A DNA stretch of 64,000 nt from contig JAJVII010000008.1 in the NCBI GenBank assembly GCA_022072085.1, forward strand, positions 64,920 to 128,919, read 5' to 3'. Of this stretch, positions 56,182 to 64,000 are shown piece after piece (the first letter of the stretch is position 1; each line of letters opens with the position of its first letter). The position numbers and the translations under genes were made by a program. This DNA comes from Phycisphaerae bacterium. Lineage in GTDB: Bacteria > Planctomycetota > Phycisphaerae > JAJVII01. Under the pieces are notes generated by a model. The model made no database searches and had not been told where the DNA came from. It saw nothing but the letters and a program-made list of their open reading frames with translations.

Positions 56182-58425
56182 TCAGAACGACGAAGAGGTC
56201 TTGATCAGGCCGTTGACCTGTCCGGGTCCCAGGCCCAGGGCGCCCAGCGCCAGGGCGGCGGCGGAGCGGACGTTGGTGTCGGGCTCCGACGTTGCCACCT
56301 TCGTGACGGCCTCGACCTGGTCAGCCGTCAGGCGATTAACGTCGCCCTTGGCTGAAGCGGCCAGTTGCTGGAACATGACCACGCGGCGGGCGGGGTCGGC
56401 CTTGGCGTCCAGGGCCGCCGACGCCAGGGCCCGCTGGACTTCCTGATCGCGGAAGTAGCTCAGGGCCTCAGCCGCCGCGGAAGCGACGTCCAGCCGGGCG
56501 TCGGCCAGCGCAAACTTCAGGCCCGGCATCGCCACGGCGACGTCCATACCCGGCGTCGGCACGCGGGCCAGGTCGCGCAGGGCGCGGGCGGCATGCAGAG
56601 CGTAGTCCTTGGCCTCGTCGGCGGTGAGCGGCTGGCCGCCGACGGCGGATTGCAGCCGCACGATCTCGGCGTTCAACTCGGCGGCCTGGGCATCGGGCGC
56701 GACCACGCCGGTGAACGGAACGTCCTTGAGGGCGATCTTGGCGGTCTCGACGCCCTGGGCCACCACGAGCGTCGGGACGTTGGCGAAGCGATGGTCCTGG
56801 CGGATGGCCAGCAGACCGGCCCGCCCGCCTTCGGACTGCTCATAGTTGACGACGACCACGTCGACGTTGGGGATGCTCCAGCCGTGGGCGAGGTCCAGCA
56901 GCTTCTGCCGCGTGGGCGCGACGTAAACCTGGAAGCCGGCTTTGCGGAGTTCGGTCACCAGGGCCGCATTGCCGTTCTCCTTCTGCTCCAGCACTAAGGC
57001 GTACTGCATGCCGGTCTGGTGGAGCGACTGGGAGAGCGTCGGCACGACCATCTCGGCTCCGGGCAGTTGGCTCTGGCAGCGCGACGCGGCCATCGCCAAG
57101 GCGATCTCATAGCGGACGCGGCGGTCGGGGAACTGAAGGGCCGTCGCCAGCACCGTCGCCTCGGGCATCGCCGAATTGCTGAAACCGACCTGCGACAGCG
57201 CCCGGGCCAAGCCGAAGGCGACCTCCGAGTCGCGGTCGGTCATCGCCCGCTGCAGGGCCATGAGGCAATAGCGGGGACCGGCGGCCACGGCGTAGTAGTT
57301 CGCGTCGGGCTTCTCGGGCGTCTCGCCCGGGGGCAACTGGGCCTCGCGGCGGATGTTGGCGGCGATCCAGAGCGCCACGGCCATCGGTTGATCGCTCTGG
57401 AGGTCCAGCGCGCGGCGGAAGCAGCGCATCGCCATCACCTCGTTGTAGACGTCGGACGCCACGAGCTTGGCCGTCACGCCCTGGCCCTGTTTGAAATACC
57501 AGACCGGAGTCTTCTCGGCGTTCTGGGCCTGCGGACGCAACGAAGCCTGGTCGCTGTAGTAGCGGTCGCCGAGCTGGCTGAACATCTCACCGGCCGAACC
57601 GGTGAACGGCTCGCGGGAGACGCCGGCCAACTGCGTCACGATCTGGGCACTGAGGTTCTTGAGATCGGCCGACGGCGTCGACTCGACCAGCGCCTGGAGG
57701 TAGGGAACCGCGTGCGGGTAGCCGATGCTCAGCAGGGCCTTGACCACGGTGATCTTCAGCGGGATCTCGCCCGGCGTATCCAGGGCGGCGATCAGCGGCT
57801 CGACAGCGGCCCGGCCCATCTGCGGCAGGGCCTCGGCGACCAGGGCCCGCTCGTCGGCCTTGACCGGGTCGACGCCGCGTAGTTCGTCCAGCATCTGCGG
57901 GACGCACCACGGGGCCTTCTCGCGCAGACGTTCGATGGCCTTCTCGCGGGTCCGCATCGTCGAGGTCACCAGCAGCTTGATGTCCTCGGTGATGGCAACC
58001 GGGTCGCGCTGGGCTTCCCGGTGGCCGCGCTCGATGAACTGCTGAAGCTTGATGGCGGCGGCCTTGAGGGCCTGCTGCTCCTGCGTCTTGGCGTCCAACT
58101 CCGCGGCCTTGGCCAACTGGGCCTCCACGCCGCCGGTTGCATCGCCAAGGATCTTGGGATCGTTGCGGATGGCTTCGATCACGCTCTGCGGATCGGCGTT
58201 CTTGGCCAGCAGGGCGTCGATGAAGACCGTCGCCAGCTTATATTGGCTGAGCGAAATGTAGTGCCGCACGTTGAACAGGAGGCTGCCAACGTCTTCACCG
58301 CCCGAGGGCCCCTGCCCCGGCAGCGGCTCGTCCGCGCGGGCAGGCGCGGGCGTCATCAGGGCCGTGGCGATCGTCAGCATTCCGAGGGTGAGCGTTACAG
58401 CCAGCGAGGTGCTTCGCTTCGACAT
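56182..58425 (-). CDS. Secreted HEAT/PBS-lyase-like repeat protein
   Basis: ATG 58425 with GGAGG RBS. Signal peptide MSKRSTSLAVTLTLGMLTIATALMTPAPARA. Multiple HEAT-like helical repeats (DRRVRYEIALAMAASR, SEVAFGLARALSQVGF). Confidence 0.6.
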   Translation of the reverse strand: MSKRSTSLAVTLTLGMLTIATALMTPAPARADEPLPGQGPSGGEDVGSLLFNVRHYISLSQYKLATVFIDALLAKNADPQSVIEAIRNDPKILGDATGGVEAQLAKAAELDAKTQEQQALKAAAIKLQQFIERGHREAQRDPVAITEDIKLLVTSTMRTREKAIERLREKAPWCVPQMLDELRGVDPVKADERALVAEALPQMGRAAVEPLIAALDTPGEIPLKITVVKALLSIGYPHAVPYLQALVESTPSADLKNLSAQIVTQLAGVSREPFTGSAGEMFSQLGDRYYSDQASLRPQAQNAEKTPVWYFKQGQGVTAKLVASDVYNEVMAMRCFRRALDLQSDQPMAVALWIAANIRREAQLPPGETPEKPDANYYAVAAGPRYCLMALQRAMTDRDSEVAFGLARALSQVGFSNSAMPEATVLATALQFPDRRVRYEIALAMAASRCQSQLPGAEMVVPTLSQSLHQTGMQYALVLEQKENGNAALVTELRKAGFQVYVAPTRQKLLDLAHGWSIPNVDVVVVNYEQSEGGRAGLLAIRQDHRFANVPTLVVAQGVETAKIALKDVPFTGVVAPDAQAAELNAEIVRLQSAVGGQPLTADEAKDYALHAARALRDLARVPTPGMDVAVAMPGLKFALADARLDVASAAAEALSYFRDQEVQRALASAALDAKADPARRVVMFQQLAASAKGDVNRLTADQVEAVTKVATSEPDTNVRSAAALALGALGLGPGQVNGLIKTSSSF

Positions 58426-58689
58426 GGAGACCTCCAAAACCACCGGGCGACAAGAGACTCCCACTGTGTGCCAGGCTGCGTGGGGACGCGGCGGGTATGC
58501 AATGGTATGGATCAGGCCGTCAGCGCCTGCGCTGTTGCCGGATCATCCCAACGCCGTCAGGCATCGGGCATTATAAATCCGCCCGGAGGGCTGTCAAAGC
58601 AAATAATCATCCCCGCCGCTCGCCGTTAATCCCGCACCGGTCCCAACTTGGAGCTTGATACCTCCACCGACCGGCGGTACGATGCTTCC

Positions 58690-59391
58690 ATGGCCAAACC
58701 CCTCCAGACGCGATGCTTCCGACCGGCGCCCGCCGTGCTGTTTCTGCTGCTGGGCGCCCTGTCCGCGACCCAGTGCGGCTGTTCCGGCGGCAACTGGTTC
58801 GGACCCGATCCCGAACTGCCCGTCGGCGCCATGGACAACCCGCTCGTGGTCGAGTCGGAATACGAGCCCCTGTTCGACGCCGTCGCCAGGACGCTGGAGG
58901 ACCACCGCTTCACGCTGTTCCTCAAGGATCCCCGCGAGGGCGAAATCCGCACCCGCCCCATGACCGGCCAGCAGATGTGGGAGTACTGGCGGACCGACGC
59001 CGCCGGTTTCTACAACACGCTGGAAAGTTCGATGCACACGATCCTGCGGACCGTCGAGGCCCGCGTCTATCCGCTGCGCGACAGCCAGGGCAGCCGCATC
59101 GCCGGCAAGTATTTCCTGGAGATGCACGTCATCACCGAGCGGGTCACCGTGCCCGAGCAGGAAATCAGCGCGACCAACCAGCTCAGCGGCGCCTCGTTCC
59201 ACGGCGGGTCGCCGACCGATCCGGCCCTGGCACGAGAGGGGATCCGCGGCGTTGACGCGGTCTACCTCGGCCGCGACAGCCGCCTGGAGGACTGGCTCAT
59301 CCGCGACGTGCTCCGCAAGGTCCGCCAGCCGGCCCCGGTCGTCCCCCGCGACGAACCTGCTCCCCCGCCGCCGCCCGCAACAGCCTCCTGA
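58690..59391 (+). CDS. Hypothetical lipoprotein
   Basis: MAKPLQTRCFRPAPAVLFLLLGALSATQCGCSGG lipobox-like signal peptide. Pro-rich C-terminus. Confidence 0.5.
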   Translation: MAKPLQTRCFRPAPAVLFLLLGALSATQCGCSGGNWFGPDPELPVGAMDNPLVVESEYEPLFDAVARTLEDHRFTLFLKDPREGEIRTRPMTGQQMWEYWRTDAAGFYNTLESSMHTILRTVEARVYPLRDSQGSRIAGKYFLEMHVITERVTVPEQEISATNQLSGASFHGGSPTDPALAREGIRGVDAVYLGRDSRLEDWLIRDVLRKVRQPAPVVPRDEPAPPPPPATAS

Positions 59392-59421
59392 AGACGCGGC
59401 CTTCCATGATTGTCCCGGCGC

Positions 59422-60060
59422 TCAGCCCCCGCTGCGCACATAAAGCCTGTTGTCCGCGATGTACCGCGCGACGATGCTGGGCAGCAGGTAGCGGATCGAC
59501 TTGCCCTCGGCCACGCGGCGGCGAATCTGCGTCGCGCTGATCTCGATCTCCGGGGTCGCCAGCACGCCGGCGCGCAGACGCTCGATCCGCCCCTCGTCCA
59601 GCCGATCACGCAGCCGCGACAGCGACGCGTCCACCGTCCAGCCCGGACGGGCCATCGTCACCACGCTGCACGCGTCGATCAGTTCCGGCGCCCGGTGCCA
59701 CAGGCCGATGTCGCCCAGCGAGTCGCAACCGATCAGCCAGTGCAGCACCGCTTCCAGGCCGTGCTGCTCGCGGAACGCAACGATGGTGTCGATCGTGTAG
59801 CTGGGGCCGCTGCGACGGAGTTCCACGTCGCTGACCTCGAACAGCGGATGGCCGCTGACGGCCCGACGGGCCATCTCCAGCCGGTGGTCGGCCGACGCCA
59901 GATTGCGATGCTGGGCCTCGTCCAGTTTGTGGGGCGGGTTGGCCGACGGGACCAGGACGAGCTTCTCCAGACCGAGTTGCTCGGCCGCCGCCTGCGCGGG
60001 GATCAGGTGCCCGAAGTGAATCGGGTTGAAGCTGCCGCCGAACAGTCCGATGCGCTGCAT
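59422..60060 (-). CDS. nadD: Nicotinate-nucleotide adenylyltransferase
   Basis: IGLFGGSFNPIHFGHL (HxGH nucleotidyltransferase motif), ISATQIRRRV. Confidence 0.9.
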   Translation of the reverse strand: MQRIGLFGGSFNPIHFGHLIPAQAAAEQLGLEKLVLVPSANPPHKLDEAQHRNLASADHRLEMARRAVSGHPLFEVSDVELRRSGPSYTIDTIVAFREQHGLEAVLHWLIGCDSLGDIGLWHRAPELIDACSVVTMARPGWTVDASLSRLRDRLDEGRIERLRAGVLATPEIEISATQIRRRVAEGKSIRYLLPSIVARYIADNRLYVRSGG

Positions 60061-60185
60061 GTCTGCATCCCCGCAAGATGCCGCGACTCTAGCCCGCGCC
60101 GCCGACGGTGTCAATCCGCCCGATCCCTGACCTCCGATTCCCGCCACGCGTTGCCGACGTCGCCATCGCCCGTTATGCTGGCGGC

Positions 60186-60614
60186 ATGCTCCAGGTCACG
60201 GCGTCCATTTCGATCGACGAGGGGGAACTGGGCGAGCAGTTCATCCGCTCCTCCGGGCCCGGCGGGCAGAACGTCAACAAGGTCGCGACGGCGGTCCAGT
60301 TGCGGTTCGACGCGGCCCGCTCGCCGTCGCTGACGCCGGCGGTTCGCGAGCGGTTGCTTCGGCTGGCCGGGTCGCGGGCGACGGCCGACGGCCTGGTCCT
60401 CATCGAGGCCCGCCGCCATCGCCACCGCGAGCAGAACCGCGCCGACGCGCGCGAGCGATTGGCCGATCTCATCCGCCGGGCCGCCACGCCGCCCCGCCCG
60501 CGGCACAAAACCCGCCCGTCCCGCGCCTCTCAGGAGCGCCGACTGGAACGCAAGAAGCAGCGCAGCCAGCGCAAGCGCACCCGCGCCGCGAAGCCGGACG
60601 ACATGGACCGTTGA
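60186..60614 (+). CDS. arfB: Alternative ribosome-rescue factor ArfB (YaeJ), GGQ peptidyl-tRNA hydrolase
   Basis: FIRSSGPGGQNVNKVATAVQLRF GGQ motif plus a Lys/Arg-rich C-terminal tail. Confidence 0.85.
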   Translation: MLQVTASISIDEGELGEQFIRSSGPGGQNVNKVATAVQLRFDAARSPSLTPAVRERLLRLAGSRATADGLVLIEARRHRHREQNRADARERLADLIRRAATPPRPRHKTRPSRASQERRLERKKQRSQRKRTRAAKPDDMDR

Positions 60615-60813
60615 AACGGTAAGGCCGGGTCACTTCAGAGACGCCGGTCTTCCACGATGCAAGAGGACTGCGCCCCGGCAAGTCAGGCCCCGCGTCATCG
60701 AGGACTCCGATTGCGATTTGACCCACGCGGGCGGCGGCATATCGTTACCTATCGCACTCACGTGGGGTGAGAATGCGGAACCCACACACCTTCCTGCTGC
60801 AAAGGGAGAGAAC

Positions 60814-61371
60814 ATGAAGCGCTTCTTGCTCGCCGCACCGCTCCTGGTCGCCCTGGTCGCCGCCGTCGGCTGCGACAACGCCTCCGTGCAACACGCCGGC
60901 ATGTGGAGCGGCGTGACCAAGGCCGTCGCCGTCCTGCACGGGACCGCCGGGCACGAGGGCGTGCACGGCGTGGTCACCTTCACCCAGATGGACGACAAGG
61001 TCCATGTCGTCGCCGACGTCACCGGCCTGCCGCCCAACAGCAAGCACGGCTTCCACGTCCATGAATACGGTGACTGCTCCAAGCTCGATGCCAGCAGCGC
61101 CGGCGGGCACTACAACCCCGAGGGCAAGCCGCACGGCCTGCCGCCCTCAGCCGACCGCCACGCCGGCGACCTGGGCAACATCACCGCCGACGCCAGCGGC
61201 CACGGCATGCTCGACCTGACGGTGGACAACATCACCATCGCCGGGATGCACAACCCGATCGTCGGACGCGGGCTGATCCTGCACGTCGACCCCGACGACG
61301 GCGGCCAGCCCACCGGCAACGCCGGCGCCCGCATGGCCAGCGGCGTCATCGGCATCGCCAAATCGCAGTGA
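60814..61371 (+). CDS. sodC: Cu/Zn superoxide dismutase, periplasmic lipoprotein
   Basis: Signal peptide MKRFLLAAPLLVALVAAVGC. GFHVHEYGDCS, HAGDLGNI, GGGARMACGVIG-like GNAGARMASGVIG motifs. Confidence 0.9.
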   Translation: MKRFLLAAPLLVALVAAVGCDNASVQHAGMWSGVTKAVAVLHGTAGHEGVHGVVTFTQMDDKVHVVADVTGLPPNSKHGFHVHEYGDCSKLDASSAGGHYNPEGKPHGLPPSADRHAGDLGNITADASGHGMLDLTVDNITIAGMHNPIVGRGLILHVDPDDGGQPTGNAGARMASGVIGIAKSQ

Positions 61372-61402
61372 CCGGCTGAACGCAACCTTTGAAGTAACCG
61401 AC

Positions 61403-61445
61403 GACAGGCGCCCCGCCACGCGGCGGCGCCTGTCGGCGTTTCGTG
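61403..61445 (+). terminator. Rho-independent terminator after sodC
   Basis: GACAGGCGCC...GGCGCCTGTC hairpin followed by GGCGTTTCGTG. Confidence 0.45.
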
Positions 61446-61567
61446 CGGGGAGATTCACGAGTTGGGGGCGTCTGGTTTCGCGCTGAAGACGGCACAAGGA
61501 CCTCAGGCTTCGCTACGCCCGTTGGCCTCGCCGGGGCACAGCGGCCAATCCCCGGCGTGCTCGGTCC

Positions 61568-62214
61568 TCACGGCGTTTCCGGCACCCAGCGGAGCGTCTG
61601 GGCCGCCGCGTCAAAGGCCGGCTCATACTCGGCAAAGGTGGACTGCAAGCCGTGGGCGGTCAGGTTGTAGCAGCCGCGATAGCCCAGCACGAGCCACATC
61701 TTGACCTTCCACGGCATGTCCCAGCCGCCATACTTGGAGCAAGTGAAGACGATTTCCTTGGCCTGGACATCGCCGACCTTCACAGACTTGGACGAAATGA
61801 TCTGGATGTTGGCGCTGGTAGTCTCCAAACCCTTCATGGTCGTCTGTTCGAATCCGTCCAGCGTCTTGTCCTTCAGCACGATGGCCGGCCCTTTGGTCAG
61901 GGAGAGATTGTCGGCGTACTTGTCATCCGGCTTCAGCGGTCGCGACGCAACAAGGAGAGTCGAGGAGGCCGGTTTCTCAGCAACCTTCCATCCGTCGGGC
62001 GGCGTGAATGTCAGCACCATGTCCCGGGTATCCCCGCCGGGCGGAGCGGCGTCGCCGTACATCTTCCTGTCCAAGTCGGATGCGGGGCTCTTGGACGCGT
62101 CAGGCGGGGCCTTCGCTCCGTCGCCGCCCCTGGCGTCGCTCTTGCCCTTGTCGCCGCAACCGATCGCTGCAAACAGGATGCCGCACAGGCACAGGACGAG
62201 AGTGGTTCTCATAG
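61568..62214 (-). CDS. Hypothetical lipoprotein
   Basis: ATG 62214 with GGAAGGAA RBS; the track start is a TTG at 62230. MRTTLVLCLCGILFAAIGCGDKG lipobox. Confidence 0.6.
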
Positions 62215-62384
62215 GTGCAATTCCTTCCAATAGAGTGCGACAAGTCTTCCGAAAGGATCTTGAACCGGACCGGACCCATGGAAATGCACTGGCATACTAG
62301 CGGATAGGTGACGCAGCTGCAACAGGCGCCGCCCCTGTGCCGAAGACGGCTGCCCCTCCTGCATTCAACATCACCCCCCTCGCA

Positions 62385-64000
62385 TCAACCGCCGCCGCGG
62401 GACTGGGCGTCGACGCGGCGCATCTCCTGCCACAGCGGTTGCGGCGTCGCCCCTTCGTTGCGGAGCAGTTCGCGTGCACGGGCGAGGTTGCCCTTGCTCA
62501 CCTCCAGTTCCGCCAATCCCAGATCAACCACCGCCTGCACGATCTCCGGACGCGGATCGGTGACCTTGAACTCGACGACCAGCCGGTTGAAGGTCGCCGC
62601 AGCCAGCGCCGTGTCCTTCGCGTTGTCGTAACGCCGCGCCCAGGCGGTGTAGTCCACGCCGGCCTTGGCCCGGATCAGCAGGCCGCCGGCCGTCTCGCTC
62701 GGGATGGGCGGATAGGCGTTCGCGTCGCCGCCGCCGGGCAGGCCACCGGCCGGCAGGGCCCCCTCCAGCAGCTCGCGCGGCTGGCGCGACAGCCAGGCAA
62801 CGTTGACCTTAAACAACTCCTGCGCCTGGGCAACGCGGTTTTGGGCGAACAGCAGGCCGCCCGCGCGGTTGCGCAGCACGACGGTCAGCGCCGCGTCAGC
62901 CGGGGTGACGGGGAGCAACTCCGATCCGCCCTGCCCCGTCAGGTCCCGCCCGCGCAGCAGGTTGCGGGCATGCTCCAGCGCCAGCGCCGTGCTGAAGGCC
63001 GCCTGGGCCGCGTCAGACCGGTTCTCCTTCGACTCGATCACGCCCAGGTACGCCGACGTGCGCGGGTCGGCGGGGTCAGCCGATCGGGCCTTGGCCAGCG
63101 CCTCGCGGGCGGGCTTGAACTGCCCGGCGTCGATCGCCTCCCGCGCGACGACCAGCCAGGGACCAGCCGTCGTCTGCACTGACCCATAGGCCCCCTCGCA
63201 CGCAGCCGCCCAATCGGCCGGCTGTTTGAGCGCCAGGCAGATCAGCGCCAGCTGCTCCCACGCTTCCCGGAACTTCGGGTCGAGCTTGACGGCCAGCCGC
63301 AGGTCCGCCTGGGCCTGGGTGAAGTCGCGGGCGGCGCTGTCGAGCATCCCCTGGTAGAACGCCCCGCGGGCCGAGCCCGCTGACAGTTTCAGCGCGGCCG
63401 TCATGTCCTGCGTCGCCTGCCGGTGGCACTCGTCGGCCTCGCGTTCCAACTCGGCCGCCCGGGCCAGGTCGGCCTGGCTGGGGTAGACGGTCGTGGTCGT
63501 CGTCGAGCCGTCGGCGTTCCGCACGGTCGTGATCTGCGGCATCTGAAGCGCCGCCGCCGCCAGCCGATCGCCCCGGGCAATGCCGTCCAGCGCGATCGAC
63601 CGGTCGTGCAGCAGGTCCGCGTCGTCGGGTTTGCTCGCCAGCGCCAGGTCCAGCGCCTTGCGGGCCGACCCGTAGTCGTTCCGCCAGTTGAGCAACCTGC
63701 CCCGCACGGCCAGCGACCGCAGGTGGCGGGGACTGGCCGCCATCGCACGATCGAGCAACTCAGCCGCGGCCGCCACCTCGCGGGTCGTGCGGCCGTTGGG
63801 CAGCGCCGGCATCAGTTCGCCGTGCGGGCCCAGCCGCGGCACGGACTGCGGGACGTAGCGATAGTAGACGGGCCAACTGCCCGGCTCGACCTGTTCGCGC
63901 GGGCAGAGCGACTCGGCGAACAGGAACTCAGCCAGATCAGCCAGCCGGTCGGGGTTGTTCGGGTCCGCCGCCAGCGCCGACTCCAGCGCGCGGATGCGGT
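62385..64000 (-). CDS. TPR-like repeat protein, N-terminus runs off the window
   Basis: Reading frame stays open from 63842 to the window edge, so the GTG at 63842 is not the true start. TPR-like helices throughout (ALDLALASKPDDADLLHDRSIAL, AQAAFSTALALEHARNLLRGR). Confidence 0.55.
   Translation of the reverse strand, partial: RIRALESALAADPNNPDRLADLAEFLFAESLCPREQVEPGSWPVYYRYVPQSVPRLGPHGELMPALPNGRTTREVAAAAELLDRAMAASPRHLRSLAVRGRLLNWRNDYGSARKALDLALASKPDDADLLHDRSIALDGIARGDRLAAAALQMPQITTVRNADGSTTTTTVYPSQADLARAAELEREADECHRQATQDMTAALKLSAGSARGAFYQGMLDSAARDFTQAQADLRLAVKLDPKFREAWEQLALICLALKQPADWAAACEGAYGSVQTTAGPWLVVAREAIDAGQFKPAREALAKARSADPADPRTSAYLGVIESKENRSDAAQAAFSTALALEHARNLLRGRDLTGQGGSELLPVTPADAALTVVLRNRAGGLLFAQNRVAQAQELFKVNVAWLSRQPRELLEGALPAGGLPGGGDANAYPPIPSETAGGLLIRAKAGVDYTAWARRYDNAKDTALAAATFNRLVVEFKVTDPRPEIVQAVVDLGLAELEVSKGNLARARELLRNEGATPQPLWQEMRRVDAQSRGGG

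Noticed and set aside
1-64000. Mobile elements, CRISPR arrays, prophage or integrase genes
   Set aside because: No direct-repeat/spacer arrays, transposase or integrase-like proteins seen in any frame. The tRNA at 38090 has no adjacent integrase.

Overview
64 kb, high-GC (~68%) bacterial chromosome segment. Gene content (rpoN, DUF1566, PEP-CTERM, FlgD-Ig/NHL/Kelch secreted proteins, ECF sigma) suggests a PVC-superphylum (Planctomycetota-like) organism; this is inference only. Long opposite-strand ORFs in the six-frame track are mostly GC artefacts. I called genes from recognisable protein motifs, RBS placement and stop/start coupling. The track appears to label GTG/TTG starts as M. Housekeeping genes: long Alu-domain SRP RNA, dnaX, recR, rpoN, mutL, rsmB, fmt, rpsT, tlyA-like, folD, nadD, arfB, sodC and one tRNA. 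Accessory blocks: (i) a minus-strand HME-RND metal efflux operon (OMF-MFP-DUF3347-CusA/CzcA) with a metal-binding-domain-fused adaptor and a His/Cys-rich insertion in the pump; (ii) an ECF sigma/anti-sigma pair flanked by a 1353-aa secreted HEAT-Kelch-FN3 protein and a DUF1566 protein; (iii) a sigma-54-promoted locus of four large secreted beta-propeller/beta-helix proteins, one a PEP-CTERM exosortase substrate with tandem duplicated sigma-54 promoters, next to a GntR/LacI-PBP regulator; (iv) TolC-like OMP plus two tandem membrane-anchored alpha/beta hydrolases. No CRISPR, transposase or integrase was seen.
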